Positions 1-9,624 of a stretch of DNA of 64,000 nucleotides are shown one piece after another. The DNA is taken from contig CALUTG010000005.1 of the NCBI GenBank assembly GCA_944323615.1, positions 8,264 through 72,263 of the forward strand. Reading direction: 5' to 3'. Position numbers and translations under genes: made by a program. Origin of the DNA: Candidatus Gastranaerophilales bacterium. Lineage in GTDB: Bacteria > Cyanobacteriota > Vampirovibrionia > Gastranaerophilales > Gastranaerophilaceae. The notes under the pieces were generated by a model. That model saw only the letters and a list, made by a program, of their open reading frames with translations. It did not search any database and was not told the DNA's origin. The stretch's first letter is position 1; every line of letters starts with the position of its first letter.

Positions 1-753
1 TGAAATACCGTATTTCATACCTAAATAAACATTTCCGGCAGCAGTTAATAACATCAAAATCCAATAAAGCCATCTTGTGTCATAAAACTTATCAATAACT
101 TCTTTGTATCTGGAACAAAACATTCCGAAAACGTACAAAGAGAAGAAATGAATAAATCCGGCAAAAACATAGCCCAAATATGCCAAATATTTATCCGTAT
201 AGGATAATCCCATTACAGTATTATAGTCAACATCATGTCTGGGCATAAAAATAGTTATCAAAAATAGGACAGGCAGCAGTTTATATAAAATATTTTTCTT
301 TTCAAGATAAAGCAACCCCCGGCTCGCTAAGAAAAATAAAATTATCATCGGTATAAACCATGTCGGCGTGTTATGAACTCTTCCGACCGATAACATCATG
401 GGAATTTGTAAAATAGGATTCAGCCCATCAAAAGAATTACCGTATTTTAGGGGTAAAATTAAACAAAAAATAATTCCCGGAATTGCGGTGTAAAGATAGG
501 GCAATATTACATTAGTCCATTTCTTTTTCATATAATTTTTAAATTCATATTTATAAGAAAGATGCTGAAACAAAAATCCCGAAATAAAGATAAATAAAGC
601 AGTGCCGCCCACAAAAACTTCAACTGCAATTCTTCTGGATAAACTGCCGGCTGCCCCAAACTGCATGGTATGTCCTGCAACTATAAGCAGAATTGCAAGC
701 CCTCTGAAAACATTTATATAATTCAGAATTTTTGTTTTCTTAATTTCCGGCAT
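1..753 (-). CDS. acyltransferase family 3 (OafA/YrhL-like) integral membrane protein; C-terminus runs off the window
   Basis: My own minus-strand translation from the ATG (complement of 751-753, GGGGGAGG Shine-Dalgarno upstream) gives MPEIKKTKILNYINVFRGLAILLIVAGHT... with multiple hydrophobic spans. The N-x-x-RG-x-A-I-L-L-V-x-x-H start is typical of the acyltransferase_3 family. It is missing from the ORF track because it is open at the window edge. Confidence 0.6.
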   Translation of the reverse strand, partial: MPEIKKTKILNYINVFRGLAILLIVAGHTMQFGAAGSLSRRIAVEVFVGGTALFIFISGFLFQHLSYKYEFKNYMKKKWTNVILPYLYTAIPGIIFCLILPLKYGNSFDGLNPILQIPMMLSVGRVHNTPTWFIPMIILFFLASRGLLYLEKKNILYKLLPVLFLITIFMPRHDVDYNTVMGLSYTDKYLAYLGYVFAGFIHFFSLYVFGMFCSRYKEVIDKFYDTRWLYWILMLLTAAGNVYLGMKYGIS

Positions 754-861
754 TAAAAACCTCCCCCATAAAATCTTATTTAGATTATATAGCAAAAAAA
801 CTTTACAAACTTGCTTTTTGTATTTTTATGTTACGATAAATTTAGTTTTTATGGAGTGTGT

Positions 862-2700
862 ATGAATATAACAACTAATTATGGTCCTAGCTTCGGGAGG
901 AAACCGAATGTTTCTGAAATGAAACTTTATACTAAAACAATTAATGAAGGATTACGAGTTTTGGACAAAAAGGTAGGAATTATATTGCATAATTCTTCTG
1001 CACCTGCCCTCAAAAGCCAGAACACCGGAATAGGTTCGCTATTGTCTGAAACTACAGAAAAAAAGCTTGTGCCATTTTTAAGGAAACATGCAATTACAAC
1101 TATTCAGCAGGAACCGACCGGACTCAGAAGTGTAACAGATGCTTCTCCGTACGCTCCGGTTGATATGGCAAAAAACACCTTAATGACACCGCTGGAAAAG
1201 CTTGTCGGTCTTATTTCGGCAGGAACTTATGCCGGTATAGTTGCAAATGCGCCTAAAGATGATGAACGTACAGACTACAAATACGTAAAAGAAAATTATC
1301 CAAAAGCTCTCAAAGAAGCATGGGAAAATTATAAAAAGGGGGACATGAGCGAATTCAGGGAGTTCAAATCTTCACATAATGAAGAGCTGGAGGCCGGTGC
1401 ATTATATCAGGTTCTTTCAAAACTTAACAAAACAGATAAATGGAAAAGATGGAATACTACGGATAAAAATTTATTTAATCCGCAAACTCCGGCTCAAACC
1501 AAGAATACACAGGCAAGGATTGAAGAACTAAGAAATAATTATAGTGATGATATTGATTTTTACTTCTTCCAGCAAATGATTTTGGAAAAAGAAATTCAGT
1601 CAACAAACGCAAAAAATAAAGAAGCCGGAATTACCATAATCGGCGATTCTCCTGTAGCATACAGTTCTGTAGAAGCTTGGAAAAATCAGGATTTATTTAT
1701 GAAAAACATTGCACTCGGTGTTGGACCGGATTACTTTTCTCCTAAAGGGCAGAGATGGGGATTCCCTGTTCTAAAACCGGAAACTATCTTTAATCCCGAT
1801 GGAAGCCTTGGCAAAGGCGGCGAATTCTTGAAACAAAGATATGAAAAAATGTTTTCCGAGTCACCGGGCGGTGTAAGAATAGACCACATTATAGGGCTAA
1901 TTGATCCGTTTGTTTATTCTACAAAAGAACCTAAAATGACCGAAACAAATTCCGGCAGACTCTATTCTTCCCCAAACAGTGAATTATTGGGAAAATACGC
2001 AAAACATACTGATGAAGAGTATGAAGCAATTTTGACAAAAATTATTATTCCTGCTGCGGAAAAATACGGTTTAACAAAAAGTGATATTATATGCGAAGAT
2101 TTAGGAACAATAACCCCTCCGGTAGATAAAACAATGAAGGACTTAAAACTTTCAGGTATCGCCGTAACCGAGTTTGACTATAGGGGCAGGGATACCGCGC
2201 CGGAAAAAATCCTGATGCTTGGCTCTCATGATAATTCATCATTTATAGAATTTACTGACAATTTATTTAATGCAACAAATACTGAGGAAGGGCGAAACCA
2301 TTTTTCCAGAAAGACACAGTATCTGGCAGAAGATACCGCTCCTTACGGGCAAAATTTTGAAGGATACCTAAACAATATAAGAACCAATAAGAAAAAATTT
2401 ATGGCAGCTTCTTTTGCAGAACTGTTTACAAGTCCGGCAAAACGTATTCAAGTGTTCTTCACTGACTTTTTCGGAATCCCTAAGACTTACAATATCCCTG
2501 GGAAGAGACAGGGATGCTGGACATTAAGACTTCCTGAAAAATTTGAAGAACTTTACTACAAAAATATTAAAGAAGGTTTGGGCTTAAATCTTCCTGAATC
2601 TATTGCAACAGCAATAAGACACAAAGGAGAAGATTTTGCTAACCAGCATAAAGAACTTCTTGATAATCTGGATAAATTTACTGGAATTTTAAAAGAATAG
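862..2700 (+). CDS. malQ: 4-alpha-glucanotransferase (amylomaltase), GH77
   Basis: ORF 811-2700, with the start moved to ATG 862 (GGAG about 6 nt upstream). GH77 blocks are present: GQRWGFPV, GVRIDHIIGL, ICEDLGTIT, LGSHDNSSF. Confidence 0.85.
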   Translation: MNITTNYGPSFGRKPNVSEMKLYTKTINEGLRVLDKKVGIILHNSSAPALKSQNTGIGSLLSETTEKKLVPFLRKHAITTIQQEPTGLRSVTDASPYAPVDMAKNTLMTPLEKLVGLISAGTYAGIVANAPKDDERTDYKYVKENYPKALKEAWENYKKGDMSEFREFKSSHNEELEAGALYQVLSKLNKTDKWKRWNTTDKNLFNPQTPAQTKNTQARIEELRNNYSDDIDFYFFQQMILEKEIQSTNAKNKEAGITIIGDSPVAYSSVEAWKNQDLFMKNIALGVGPDYFSPKGQRWGFPVLKPETIFNPDGSLGKGGEFLKQRYEKMFSESPGGVRIDHIIGLIDPFVYSTKEPKMTETNSGRLYSSPNSELLGKYAKHTDEEYEAILTKIIIPAAEKYGLTKSDIICEDLGTITPPVDKTMKDLKLSGIAVTEFDYRGRDTAPEKILMLGSHDNSSFIEFTDNLFNATNTEEGRNHFSRKTQYLAEDTAPYGQNFEGYLNNIRTNKKKFMAASFAELFTSPAKRIQVFFTDFFGIPKTYNIPGKRQGCWTLRLPEKFEELYYKNIKEGLGLNLPESIATAIRHKGEDFANQHKELLDNLDKFTGILKE

Positions 2701-3534
2701 TCAGATTTCTGCTTCAAAAACATATTCGGCAGGTCCTGTCATAAAAATGTCATGATTTAGCCCCTGCCATTCTATATTTACAATCCCGCCCGGGAGTTTA
2801 ACCTCGACAGAGCTGCCCAGAATTCCGTTGAGAACACCCGCCGCAACAGCTGCACAGGCTCCGGTTCCGCATGCCAATGTAATTCCGCACCCTCTTTCCC
2901 ATACACAAAGCTCTATTTTAGAAGGGTTCTTTATTTTTACAAATTCAACATTTGTTTTTTCAGGAAATTCCGCACTGACTTCAATTTCCGGACCGTAGGT
3001 TTTGGCAAGGAAAAGAAGGTCTTCATCATCCTTTATAAAAATTACAAAATGAGGGTTTCCCATAGAAACAGCATTGCCTTCAAAGATTCTGTTTTTAACC
3101 GAAATCTTATAGTTTAAATTGTTCTGAGGGATAAAAGGAATTTTTTCACTTTCCAAGATAGGTTTTGACATATTAACCCTAACATTCCCATCCTCCAGAA
3201 TCTCAGGAGAAATTATTCCAGCCAGAGTTTTAACCGAGAAACTTTTTTTATCAATGAGTTTTCTGTCGTAAACATATTTAGCAAAACATCTCATACCGTT
3301 TCCGCACATTTGCGCGGTAGACCCGTCAGAATTATAGAAAAACCAGCCGATATCTGCATCTTCTGTTTTTTGATTGGGAATAATCAGACCATCAGCACCG
3401 ACTCCAAAGTGTCTGTCGCAAAGCTTTTTTGCTGTCTCAGCCATATCCGTCCGACCGCTATTAATAAACTCTTGATAATCAAGAATGACAAAATCGTTTC
3501 CGCAGCCCTGCATTTTGGTAAGTTTTATTCCCAT
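2701..3534 (-). CDS. dapF: diaminopimelate epimerase
   Basis: 277 aa. MQGCGNDF start and two active-site Cys contexts (MCGNGMRC, LACGTGACA). Ends with TGA at the expected length. Confidence 0.92.
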   Translation of the reverse strand: MGIKLTKMQGCGNDFVILDYQEFINSGRTDMAETAKKLCDRHFGVGADGLIIPNQKTEDADIGWFFYNSDGSTAQMCGNGMRCFAKYVYDRKLIDKKSFSVKTLAGIISPEILEDGNVRVNMSKPILESEKIPFIPQNNLNYKISVKNRIFEGNAVSMGNPHFVIFIKDDEDLLFLAKTYGPEIEVSAEFPEKTNVEFVKIKNPSKIELCVWERGCGITLACGTGACAAVAAGVLNGILGSSVEVKLPGGIVNIEWQGLNHDIFMTGPAEYVFEAEI

Positions 3535-3584
3535 TTCAAAACCTCTTTTTTATAGTAAAATAATTATACAAAGGAATTGGAATT

Positions 3585-4820
3585 ATGACAATGATAAAAG
3601 CACAAAAAGGAACAAAAGATATACTCCCGGTCGATATGCCGGTCTGGCATTTAATGGAAAAAAATGCCGAAGAAATTTTTTCAAGATACGGGGCAAAAGA
3701 AATCAGAACCCCTATCTTTGAAGCAACAGAACTCTTCGCAAGAGGGGTTGGCGATACTACAGATATTGTAAACAAAGAAATGTACACATTTGAAAAAAGC
3801 GAACGTTCGCTGACTTTGAGACCTGAAAACACGGCAGGAGTTGTGCGATCTTTTATAGAAAACGGGATGCACAGACTTCCTATGCCGGTAAAACTTTGGT
3901 ATAAAGGACCTATGTTTCGTTATGAGCGCCCGCAGGCAGGAAGACAAAGGCAGTTTCATCAGGTCGGAGTGGAAGTTTTCGGTATAAAACAACCTACAGC
4001 CGATGCCGAAGTAATTCTTATGGCGGTTAATTATCTAAAATCTTTGGGATTAAATGACTTAAGTGTTGAACTTAATTCACTCGGATGTCCTGAATGCAGA
4101 GATGAATTTAAACTTCATCTAAAGGCCGTTCTAAGACCCTACCTAAAAGATCTTTGCCCTGATTGTCAGACAAGATACGAAAAAAATCCGCTGAGACTTC
4201 TTGACTGCAAAGTCCCTGAGTGTCAGGAGATATTCTCTAAACCTGAAATTCAAGAAGTAATTATGTCTGATTTTATTTGCGAAGAATGTGCGGAACACTT
4301 TAATGAACTAAAAAAATATCTTGATGAATTAAAGATTAATTATTCAATAAATAAACTTCTGGTTAGAGGGCTGGATTATTATAACAGAACTGTTTTTGAA
4401 ATAAAATCAAATAATCTTGGTTCTCAAAACGCGGTATGCGGCGGGGGAAGATATGATAGTCTGGTCAGAAACCTCGGTGGAGAAGATATCCCTGCCATAG
4501 GCTTTGCAATGGGTATGGAGAGATTGGCTTACCTTATCGGAGAAAAAGACGACAAGAAAACAACTGCATTTGTTGTGTCAAATAGCCCGGCAGAAGCACT
4601 CAAACTTGCTGAAGAGTTAAGAAAAGACGGAATCTCTTGTGAGTTTGATCTTTCTAATAAAAAGTTTGTGAAACAAATCGAGAAAGCATCCAAGACAGCA
4701 AAATACGCGCTTATTCTCGGAGAAGATGAACTCGCGGCAGACAAAGTAACTGTTAAAAATCTCGAGAATTCGGAACAAAAAACCGTATTCCGCCAAAATG
4801 TAAAATCAGAAATTATATAA
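3585..4820 (+). CDS. hisS: histidine--tRNA ligase
   Basis: 411 aa. Class II aaRS motifs FRYERPQAGRQRQFHQ, GGGRYD and GFAMGMERL, plus a C-terminal anticodon-binding domain. Confidence 0.95.
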   Translation: MTMIKAQKGTKDILPVDMPVWHLMEKNAEEIFSRYGAKEIRTPIFEATELFARGVGDTTDIVNKEMYTFEKSERSLTLRPENTAGVVRSFIENGMHRLPMPVKLWYKGPMFRYERPQAGRQRQFHQVGVEVFGIKQPTADAEVILMAVNYLKSLGLNDLSVELNSLGCPECRDEFKLHLKAVLRPYLKDLCPDCQTRYEKNPLRLLDCKVPECQEIFSKPEIQEVIMSDFICEECAEHFNELKKYLDELKINYSINKLLVRGLDYYNRTVFEIKSNNLGSQNAVCGGGRYDSLVRNLGGEDIPAIGFAMGMERLAYLIGEKDDKKTTAFVVSNSPAEALKLAEELRKDGISCEFDLSNKKFVKQIEKASKTAKYALILGEDELAADKVTVKNLENSEQKTVFRQNVKSEII

Positions 4821-4833
4821 TTTCCTGTCTCTT

Positions 4834-4955
4834 CCTCCCTTATGAGGGAGGATTGAGGTGGGTGATTAACTAGTGACTAGTGACTAGTGACTAGTGACTA
4901 GTGACTAAGTGACTAAGGTTCTCCCTCCCTTATGAGGGAGGGCAGGGGTGGGCGA
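4834..4955 (+). repeat. two direct copies of a GC hairpin plus G-rich tail, flanking a heptamer microsatellite
   Basis: CCTCCCTTATGAGGGAGG + ATTGAGGTGGGTGA at 4834-4865, and CCCTCCCTTATGAGGGAGGG + CAGGGGTGGGCGA at 4923-4955. Confidence 0.85.
4871..4913. repeat. (TAGTGAC)x5 perfect heptamer microsatellite plus one TAAGTGAC variant
   Basis: Units start at 4871, 4878, 4885, 4892 and 4899; the variant is at 4906-4913. It carries stop codons in all three forward frames. Confidence 0.95.
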
Positions 4956-5016
4956 CCGTAGAATACAAATACTACAATAACCGGCTAAGTATTTAAGCTT
5001 CTTTCTTACATATAAG

Positions 5017-5048
5017 CACCCATCCCAACCTTCCCTAACCAGGGAAGG
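5017..5048 (-). repeat. third copy of the hairpin plus G-rich tail family, inverted orientation
   Basis: The minus strand reads CCTTCCCTGGTTAGGGAAGG + TTGGGATGGGTG. Confidence 0.7.
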
Positions 5049-5176
5049 AGATCTTTAATACAATTCATTTACAGCTGACTGCCAATATTGTCTCAATATT
5101 TTAGTAATACCATCTATTACAATGTTATATGAATAATTTTTAACAGGTAAAACCCCAAAGCGGAACTGTGTATAAA

Positions 5177-5209
5177 TAAAAAAAGCTCCTTTTAAAAGGA
5201 GCTTTTTTT
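5177..5209. terminator. bidirectional intrinsic terminator between hisS and the SLH gene
   Basis: A-run, then GCTCCTTTT/AAAAGGAGC stem, then T-run. Confidence 0.8.
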
Positions 5210-5225
5210 GTTTCCTATATTTATA

Positions 5226-6374
5226 CTATTCGTAAATATATCCGTTAGTAAGGTCTATTTTAATAGGAGCAAGAAGTCTGATATTAACTTCCTGATTAGG
5301 CATTGTTAACACTTTATCTCCTTTAAAGACTCTTCTTATGAAAGTCATAAACTTACCTTTTTTGGCAGGATCAAGAGTTGCTACACCGTAAACCATTACA
5401 GCTTGATCGTTTGGCGTTACGAGAAGCTCATTTTTGATAATAACCTGACCGTTTGTTTTAAACAATTTGCCCGGTTGAACGTATTTAACCTGACCTTTCA
5501 TGTCACTGCCTTCAGATATTAAGAGGTATTTTTCTTTAGTTACATAGTTTTTAGGTGCTTTAGCGGTATAAATATCACTTACACTGGATATTTGAGAACC
5601 GACTACGGTTTCAAGTCTGATAGGAAGAATTGTTCCCGCAGGAATAATACCAATAGAGCCCTGAACTCTTACATTATCAACAATGAAACCTTCCGCGGTT
5701 CTTTTTTGCATAACTTCTGCAAGCTTAGCGTTAGGATTAAGTTTAGCTTCCTGCATCATTTTATAGAGGATAGCTGCAACTTCAGCTCTGTTAGCCGGTC
5801 TGTCTGCTTCCAATTTTCCTTCGTGTCCCGGCATTGTAACAACAAGATCAAGAATCTGCGCTTTTGCTGCAGCCATTAAAAACCATGCCGGCATTAATTC
5901 ATAGTCTGTATAAGTTTTTGAAATAATATCCTGAGCCTTTTGTTCGCTTATTTGCTGAGTGGTAAGAGCGTTAACCGCAATATTGATAGCTTCAGCTCTT
6001 GTTACTGAATCAAACGGTCTGTAATTTTCACCTTTTGAATCAGGGATCAAATCGAAATAAACAGCTTTTTGAATTATATTATAAGCCCAGAATCCCGGAT
6101 CTAAATCTTTAAAGTGGATTTCCTGTTCAACTTCAGCATTTTCCTGCCCGAGCGCCTTGATAGCCATAGAAGCGAATTCTGCTCTTGTTACAGGAATATC
6201 AGGTTTGTATGTTCCATCCGGATAACCTACTACAACACCAACATCTGTCAAAAACTTGATTGACTGATATGCCCAGTGATCTTCTGCCATATCAGAATAA
6301 AAAGCATTAGCAGGGTTGTTTATCATAAATACCGCAGCTAAAACAAACAATCCTTGAAATATTTTTTTGAACAT
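5226..6374 (-). CDS. secreted protein with three SLH domains and a C-terminal beta-rich domain
   Basis: 382 aa. Signal peptide ...NNPANA. Three SLH repeats (W-x-Y, GYPDGTYKP, TRAEFA-type motifs). The C-terminal roughly 150 aa resemble those of the 9625 and 22677 proteins. Confidence 0.85.
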   Translation of the reverse strand: MFKKIFQGLFVLAAVFMINNPANAFYSDMAEDHWAYQSIKFLTDVGVVVGYPDGTYKPDIPVTRAEFASMAIKALGQENAEVEQEIHFKDLDPGFWAYNIIQKAVYFDLIPDSKGENYRPFDSVTRAEAINIAVNALTTQQISEQKAQDIISKTYTDYELMPAWFLMAAAKAQILDLVVTMPGHEGKLEADRPANRAEVAAILYKMMQEAKLNPNAKLAEVMQKRTAEGFIVDNVRVQGSIGIIPAGTILPIRLETVVGSQISSVSDIYTAKAPKNYVTKEKYLLISEGSDMKGQVKYVQPGKLFKTNGQVIIKNELLVTPNDQAVMVYGVATLDPAKKGKFMTFIRRVFKGDKVLTMPNQEVNIRLLAPIKIDLTNGYIYE

Positions 6375-6501
6375 TAAAAGTCCTCCTTTTCATATCCTCT
6401 CCTATTATTCTATGCTATATTAAATATGGAGTTTATGCAATGTTTGTTAACAATTCTACATATTAAAGCAAAAAGTAAGTTTTAGGACTTTTAACATCAA
6501 T

Positions 6502-8373
6502 ATGAAAATAAGCTTAGATTCATCTCCAGCATTCAAACGTCGGCTTAAGACTTCGGAGGAAGCCGATTATTGCGCTGTTTTAAAGAGGGGTAAAGAACTT
6601 GCAGGAAATACGGGAAAAACAATCCTAATTGTACCGTCGCCGTCTTTGCCTCAAAGTAAAGAAACGAATACCGGAGTCGGAAATATTCTGGATAAGAAAT
6701 CTCTTGAATTTTTAGAGTTTGCAAAAAAATATTGGGGAATTAATTGCATTCAAGACCTTCCGAATGGAAGATATATCCCGCATAACAGGTATTGGAGACT
6801 GTATTCCGGGAGCTCAATGGATCTTGGAAGTCAGCTTATCAATCTTGAAATATTAACGAAAGATATTATTAAACCCGAAGAGCTTAATAAAATTGTTTAT
6901 CAGAACCTTTCTCAGGATAGTGTAAATTTTGAAAATGTATTAAGTCCTGATTCAGAAACAGAAAATGTGCTCAAAAAAGCATATAAAAACTTATGCGAGG
7001 CGGATACTGAGTATAAAAAAAACATGTTAAAGGAAATAGAAACTTTTAGCAGTGAAAATAAGAGCTGGATAGAGCCAAAATCTATTTTTCATACACTAAA
7101 AGAGTATTATCATACAGAAAATTTCAGAAATTGGTCTGATATAGACAAAAATCTCTACAATCCTGATAAAGTTAGTATTGAAGCCAGAGATAAAAGAATT
7201 GTTGAAATTATAAAAAATAATTCTTTTGATGCAGGATATTATAAATTTAAACAGTATCTGGCTGATAAACACTTAAGACTTGCAAAAGAAAAACTTAACG
7301 AAAAAGGTATAGAACTAAGCGGAGATTTTATCTGTGGATTTTCCTGGGATGAACTCTGGATGCGCCCGAAAGCATTTCTTCCAGATACTAAAATGTACTG
7401 GGGTTTCCCGGCTTTAGATCTTAATTCACAAGAGGGTCTGGCTTTATTAAAAGAAAAAGCTGCTCTCTATGCCAAAAGATATGATGATATAAGAGTGGAT
7501 GCTGCTTGGACCTATGTTAATCAGCCAATAGAATCTGTAAATGATAAAAAAGTAAATATAAGAAATTACTATGGAGACAAGGCTCTTAAAGTTATTGAAG
7601 AGGGTGTGAGAGAGGTAAAAGGAAAAAACTTTAATCCTGAGAATGTAATGTATGAGTTTGTTGCTGAAACGGATGATTTTCGAGCTTTTGATTCCGGAAG
7701 GAAGACAAATCCGGTATTGATAAATAGAAATAAAATATATTGTTCAAATGATATAAGTTATGATTGGGGCACAACCAAAAGTTTTGAAAATCTCGGATGG
7801 AAGGGTGAATTATACACCCTTGGCACAACAAATCACGATCAAAAGACAATGAAAACGCACTTTGCATCAAAGGAATCAAGAAAGTTACAAACAGAAGTTC
7901 TCGCGGATCTTTTAAAAATTCCAAAAGAAAAACTGGAAGACTTAAAGGATTTTATAAAAGCAAAATATGCGGAACCGATGCGGGCAAGAAACAATTTTAT
8001 ATTCTTTGCAGATGCCTTAAATTTGGACGGTAATTATAAGGATAATCCAAACAGAGCACAAGATTACCGCATGAAAATAGAGCCTAATTATCAGGAACAT
8101 TATTTTAAGGCTCTTGAAAACGGTGAAGGTTATAATCCGATGGATGCTCTTGAAAAAGCTTTTAGGGCGGAAGGTTTGGATAAGAAGGAACCAAAATTGT
8201 ATAAGAAAATTGTTAAATACAGAAAAATTCTTGAAGAGCCGCAAAAAAATGTTGTTAAATCTCGTATACTAAAAGGCGGACTTGCAGCTCTTGCAGTATG
8301 TTTTGTAACTTATGCAGCAGTGAAATATCATTCAAATAAAAAAGAAAAGCCGGCTGAAAATCAACCGGCATAA
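6502..8373 (+). CDS. divergent GH77-like glucanotransferase paralogue with a C-terminal transmembrane anchor
   Basis: 623 aa. Collinear with malQ blocks but altered: NTGVGNI, YWGFPALD, IRVDAAWTY, FVAETDD, LGTTNHDQ. The C-terminus has a hydrophobic helix GGLAALAVCFVTYAAV followed by a Lys-rich tail. Confidence 0.7.
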   Translation: MKISLDSSPAFKRRLKTSEEADYCAVLKRGKELAGNTGKTILIVPSPSLPQSKETNTGVGNILDKKSLEFLEFAKKYWGINCIQDLPNGRYIPHNRYWRLYSGSSMDLGSQLINLEILTKDIIKPEELNKIVYQNLSQDSVNFENVLSPDSETENVLKKAYKNLCEADTEYKKNMLKEIETFSSENKSWIEPKSIFHTLKEYYHTENFRNWSDIDKNLYNPDKVSIEARDKRIVEIIKNNSFDAGYYKFKQYLADKHLRLAKEKLNEKGIELSGDFICGFSWDELWMRPKAFLPDTKMYWGFPALDLNSQEGLALLKEKAALYAKRYDDIRVDAAWTYVNQPIESVNDKKVNIRNYYGDKALKVIEEGVREVKGKNFNPENVMYEFVAETDDFRAFDSGRKTNPVLINRNKIYCSNDISYDWGTTKSFENLGWKGELYTLGTTNHDQKTMKTHFASKESRKLQTEVLADLLKIPKEKLEDLKDFIKAKYAEPMRARNNFIFFADALNLDGNYKDNPNRAQDYRMKIEPNYQEHYFKALENGEGYNPMDALEKAFRAEGLDKKEPKLYKKIVKYRKILEEPQKNVVKSRILKGGLAALAVCFVTYAAVKYHSNKKEKPAENQPA

Positions 8374-8374
8374 G

Positions 8375-9304
8375 TTATCCGCAGTCAAGATATGTTTTTA
8401 AACATTCAACATTTTCAACTTTTCTCAGTTTCTGTATTGCAAGATTCTCAATTTGTCTGATTCTTTCCTTTGAGAACCCTAAGGCATTTCCTATCTGCTC
8501 TAAAGTCTTTGGTTCCTCATTATCAATTCCGAACCTTCTTCTTATAATCTCCTGTTCTCTTTTATCCAAAATGCTTATTAATTTTGTTATATCTTTCTCT
8601 TGGAGTTTCATCTGGGTGCTTGCCTCCGGAGAAATATATGTTGTATCTTCTATATAATCCTGTATAGATAAGTCATCTGTTACAAGAGTATCCAGGCTGA
8701 CAGGTTCTTTTTTTATAGCGCTCTTCACTTCCTCAATCTTTTTTGTATCTAAACCGGAAATTTTTGAAATAGTTTCCTCATCCGCTTCCAGAATATCACC
8801 GCTGCAAACAATATCAGAACATGCTTTTTTGTATCTTCTTATTTTTTCCAGCATATGTACAGGAATTCTAATCGTTCTTGAATGGTTAGAAATAGCTCTA
8901 ATGATTGTCTGCTTAATCCACCATGTTGCGTAGGTTGAAAATTTAAAGTTCTTTTTGTAATCAAATTTTTCAGCCGCCTTGATTAAACCTAAAGACCCTT
9001 CCTGCACAAGATCCATAAACAGAACACCTTGTCCTATATATTTTTTAGCAATACTAACCACCAGTCTCAAATTTGCCTGCACAAGCCTGTTTTTAGCATA
9101 CTCCTTTTCTTCATCTGAGCCTTCCTGAATCATTCTTCCCAGCTCAATTTCCTCTTTTTTTGTAAGCATACGTTTGCGCCCGATTTCTTTCAGGTACATT
9201 TGTAAAATATCATCATTATTCACTACGGCACTAAAAGTTTTAGGCGCATTCGGATCCATTTCCGTATCGTCAATAAACTCAAAATTACTCATAGCTCTTC
9301 CCAT
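8375..9304 (-). CDS. RNA polymerase sigma factor, sigma-70 family (RpoD/SigA-like)
   Basis: 309 aa. Region 2 [23 protein letters not shown] and region 4 [28 protein letters not shown]. Confidence 0.9.
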   Translation of the reverse strand: MGRAMSNFEFIDDTEMDPNAPKTFSAVVNNDDILQMYLKEIGRKRMLTKKEEIELGRMIQEGSDEEKEYAKNRLVQANLRLVVSIAKKYIGQGVLFMDLVQEGSLGLIKAAEKFDYKKNFKFSTYATWWIKQTIIRAISNHSRTIRIPVHMLEKIRRYKKACSDIVCSGDILEADEETISKISGLDTKKIEEVKSAIKKEPVSLDTLVTDDLSIQDYIEDTTYISPEASTQMKLQEKDITKLISILDKREQEIIRRRFGIDNEEPKTLEQIGNALGFSKERIRQIENLAIQKLRKVENVECLKTYLDCG

Positions 9305-9624
9305 CTTTTTCTCCTTCCCATCGTATCTACCATGTAAGACGATGTTTTAAAAAAAAAGTTCCATCTCATCCCTCATTAACCATTTATCCCCACATTTACC
9401 CCTATATTTACCCCCCGATTGGACTCCCTTTTTTGGCAATGTTTTTAATTCTGAAAAACTACATAATTTAGGAGACAGTAAAGGAAAGGGAGTAAATACA
9501 GGCTTCGGCAGACAGGAAAACTCCTCTCCGGAAACTGTAAAGGTAATACTCTTTAAGACACAAAAGTAATACGGTTTGTAGAATAAAAGTAAATCTACTC
9601 CGCCTACTAACAAAGGAGGTTAAA

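Noticed and set aside
3310-4744. Several 70-103-aa ORFs overlapping dapF and hisS on other frames or strands (3310-3555, 3485-3721, 3536-3832, 3681-3992, 4529-4744).
   Set aside because: They lie entirely within or antisense to well-supported conserved genes, and none shows ribosome-binding sites or family features.
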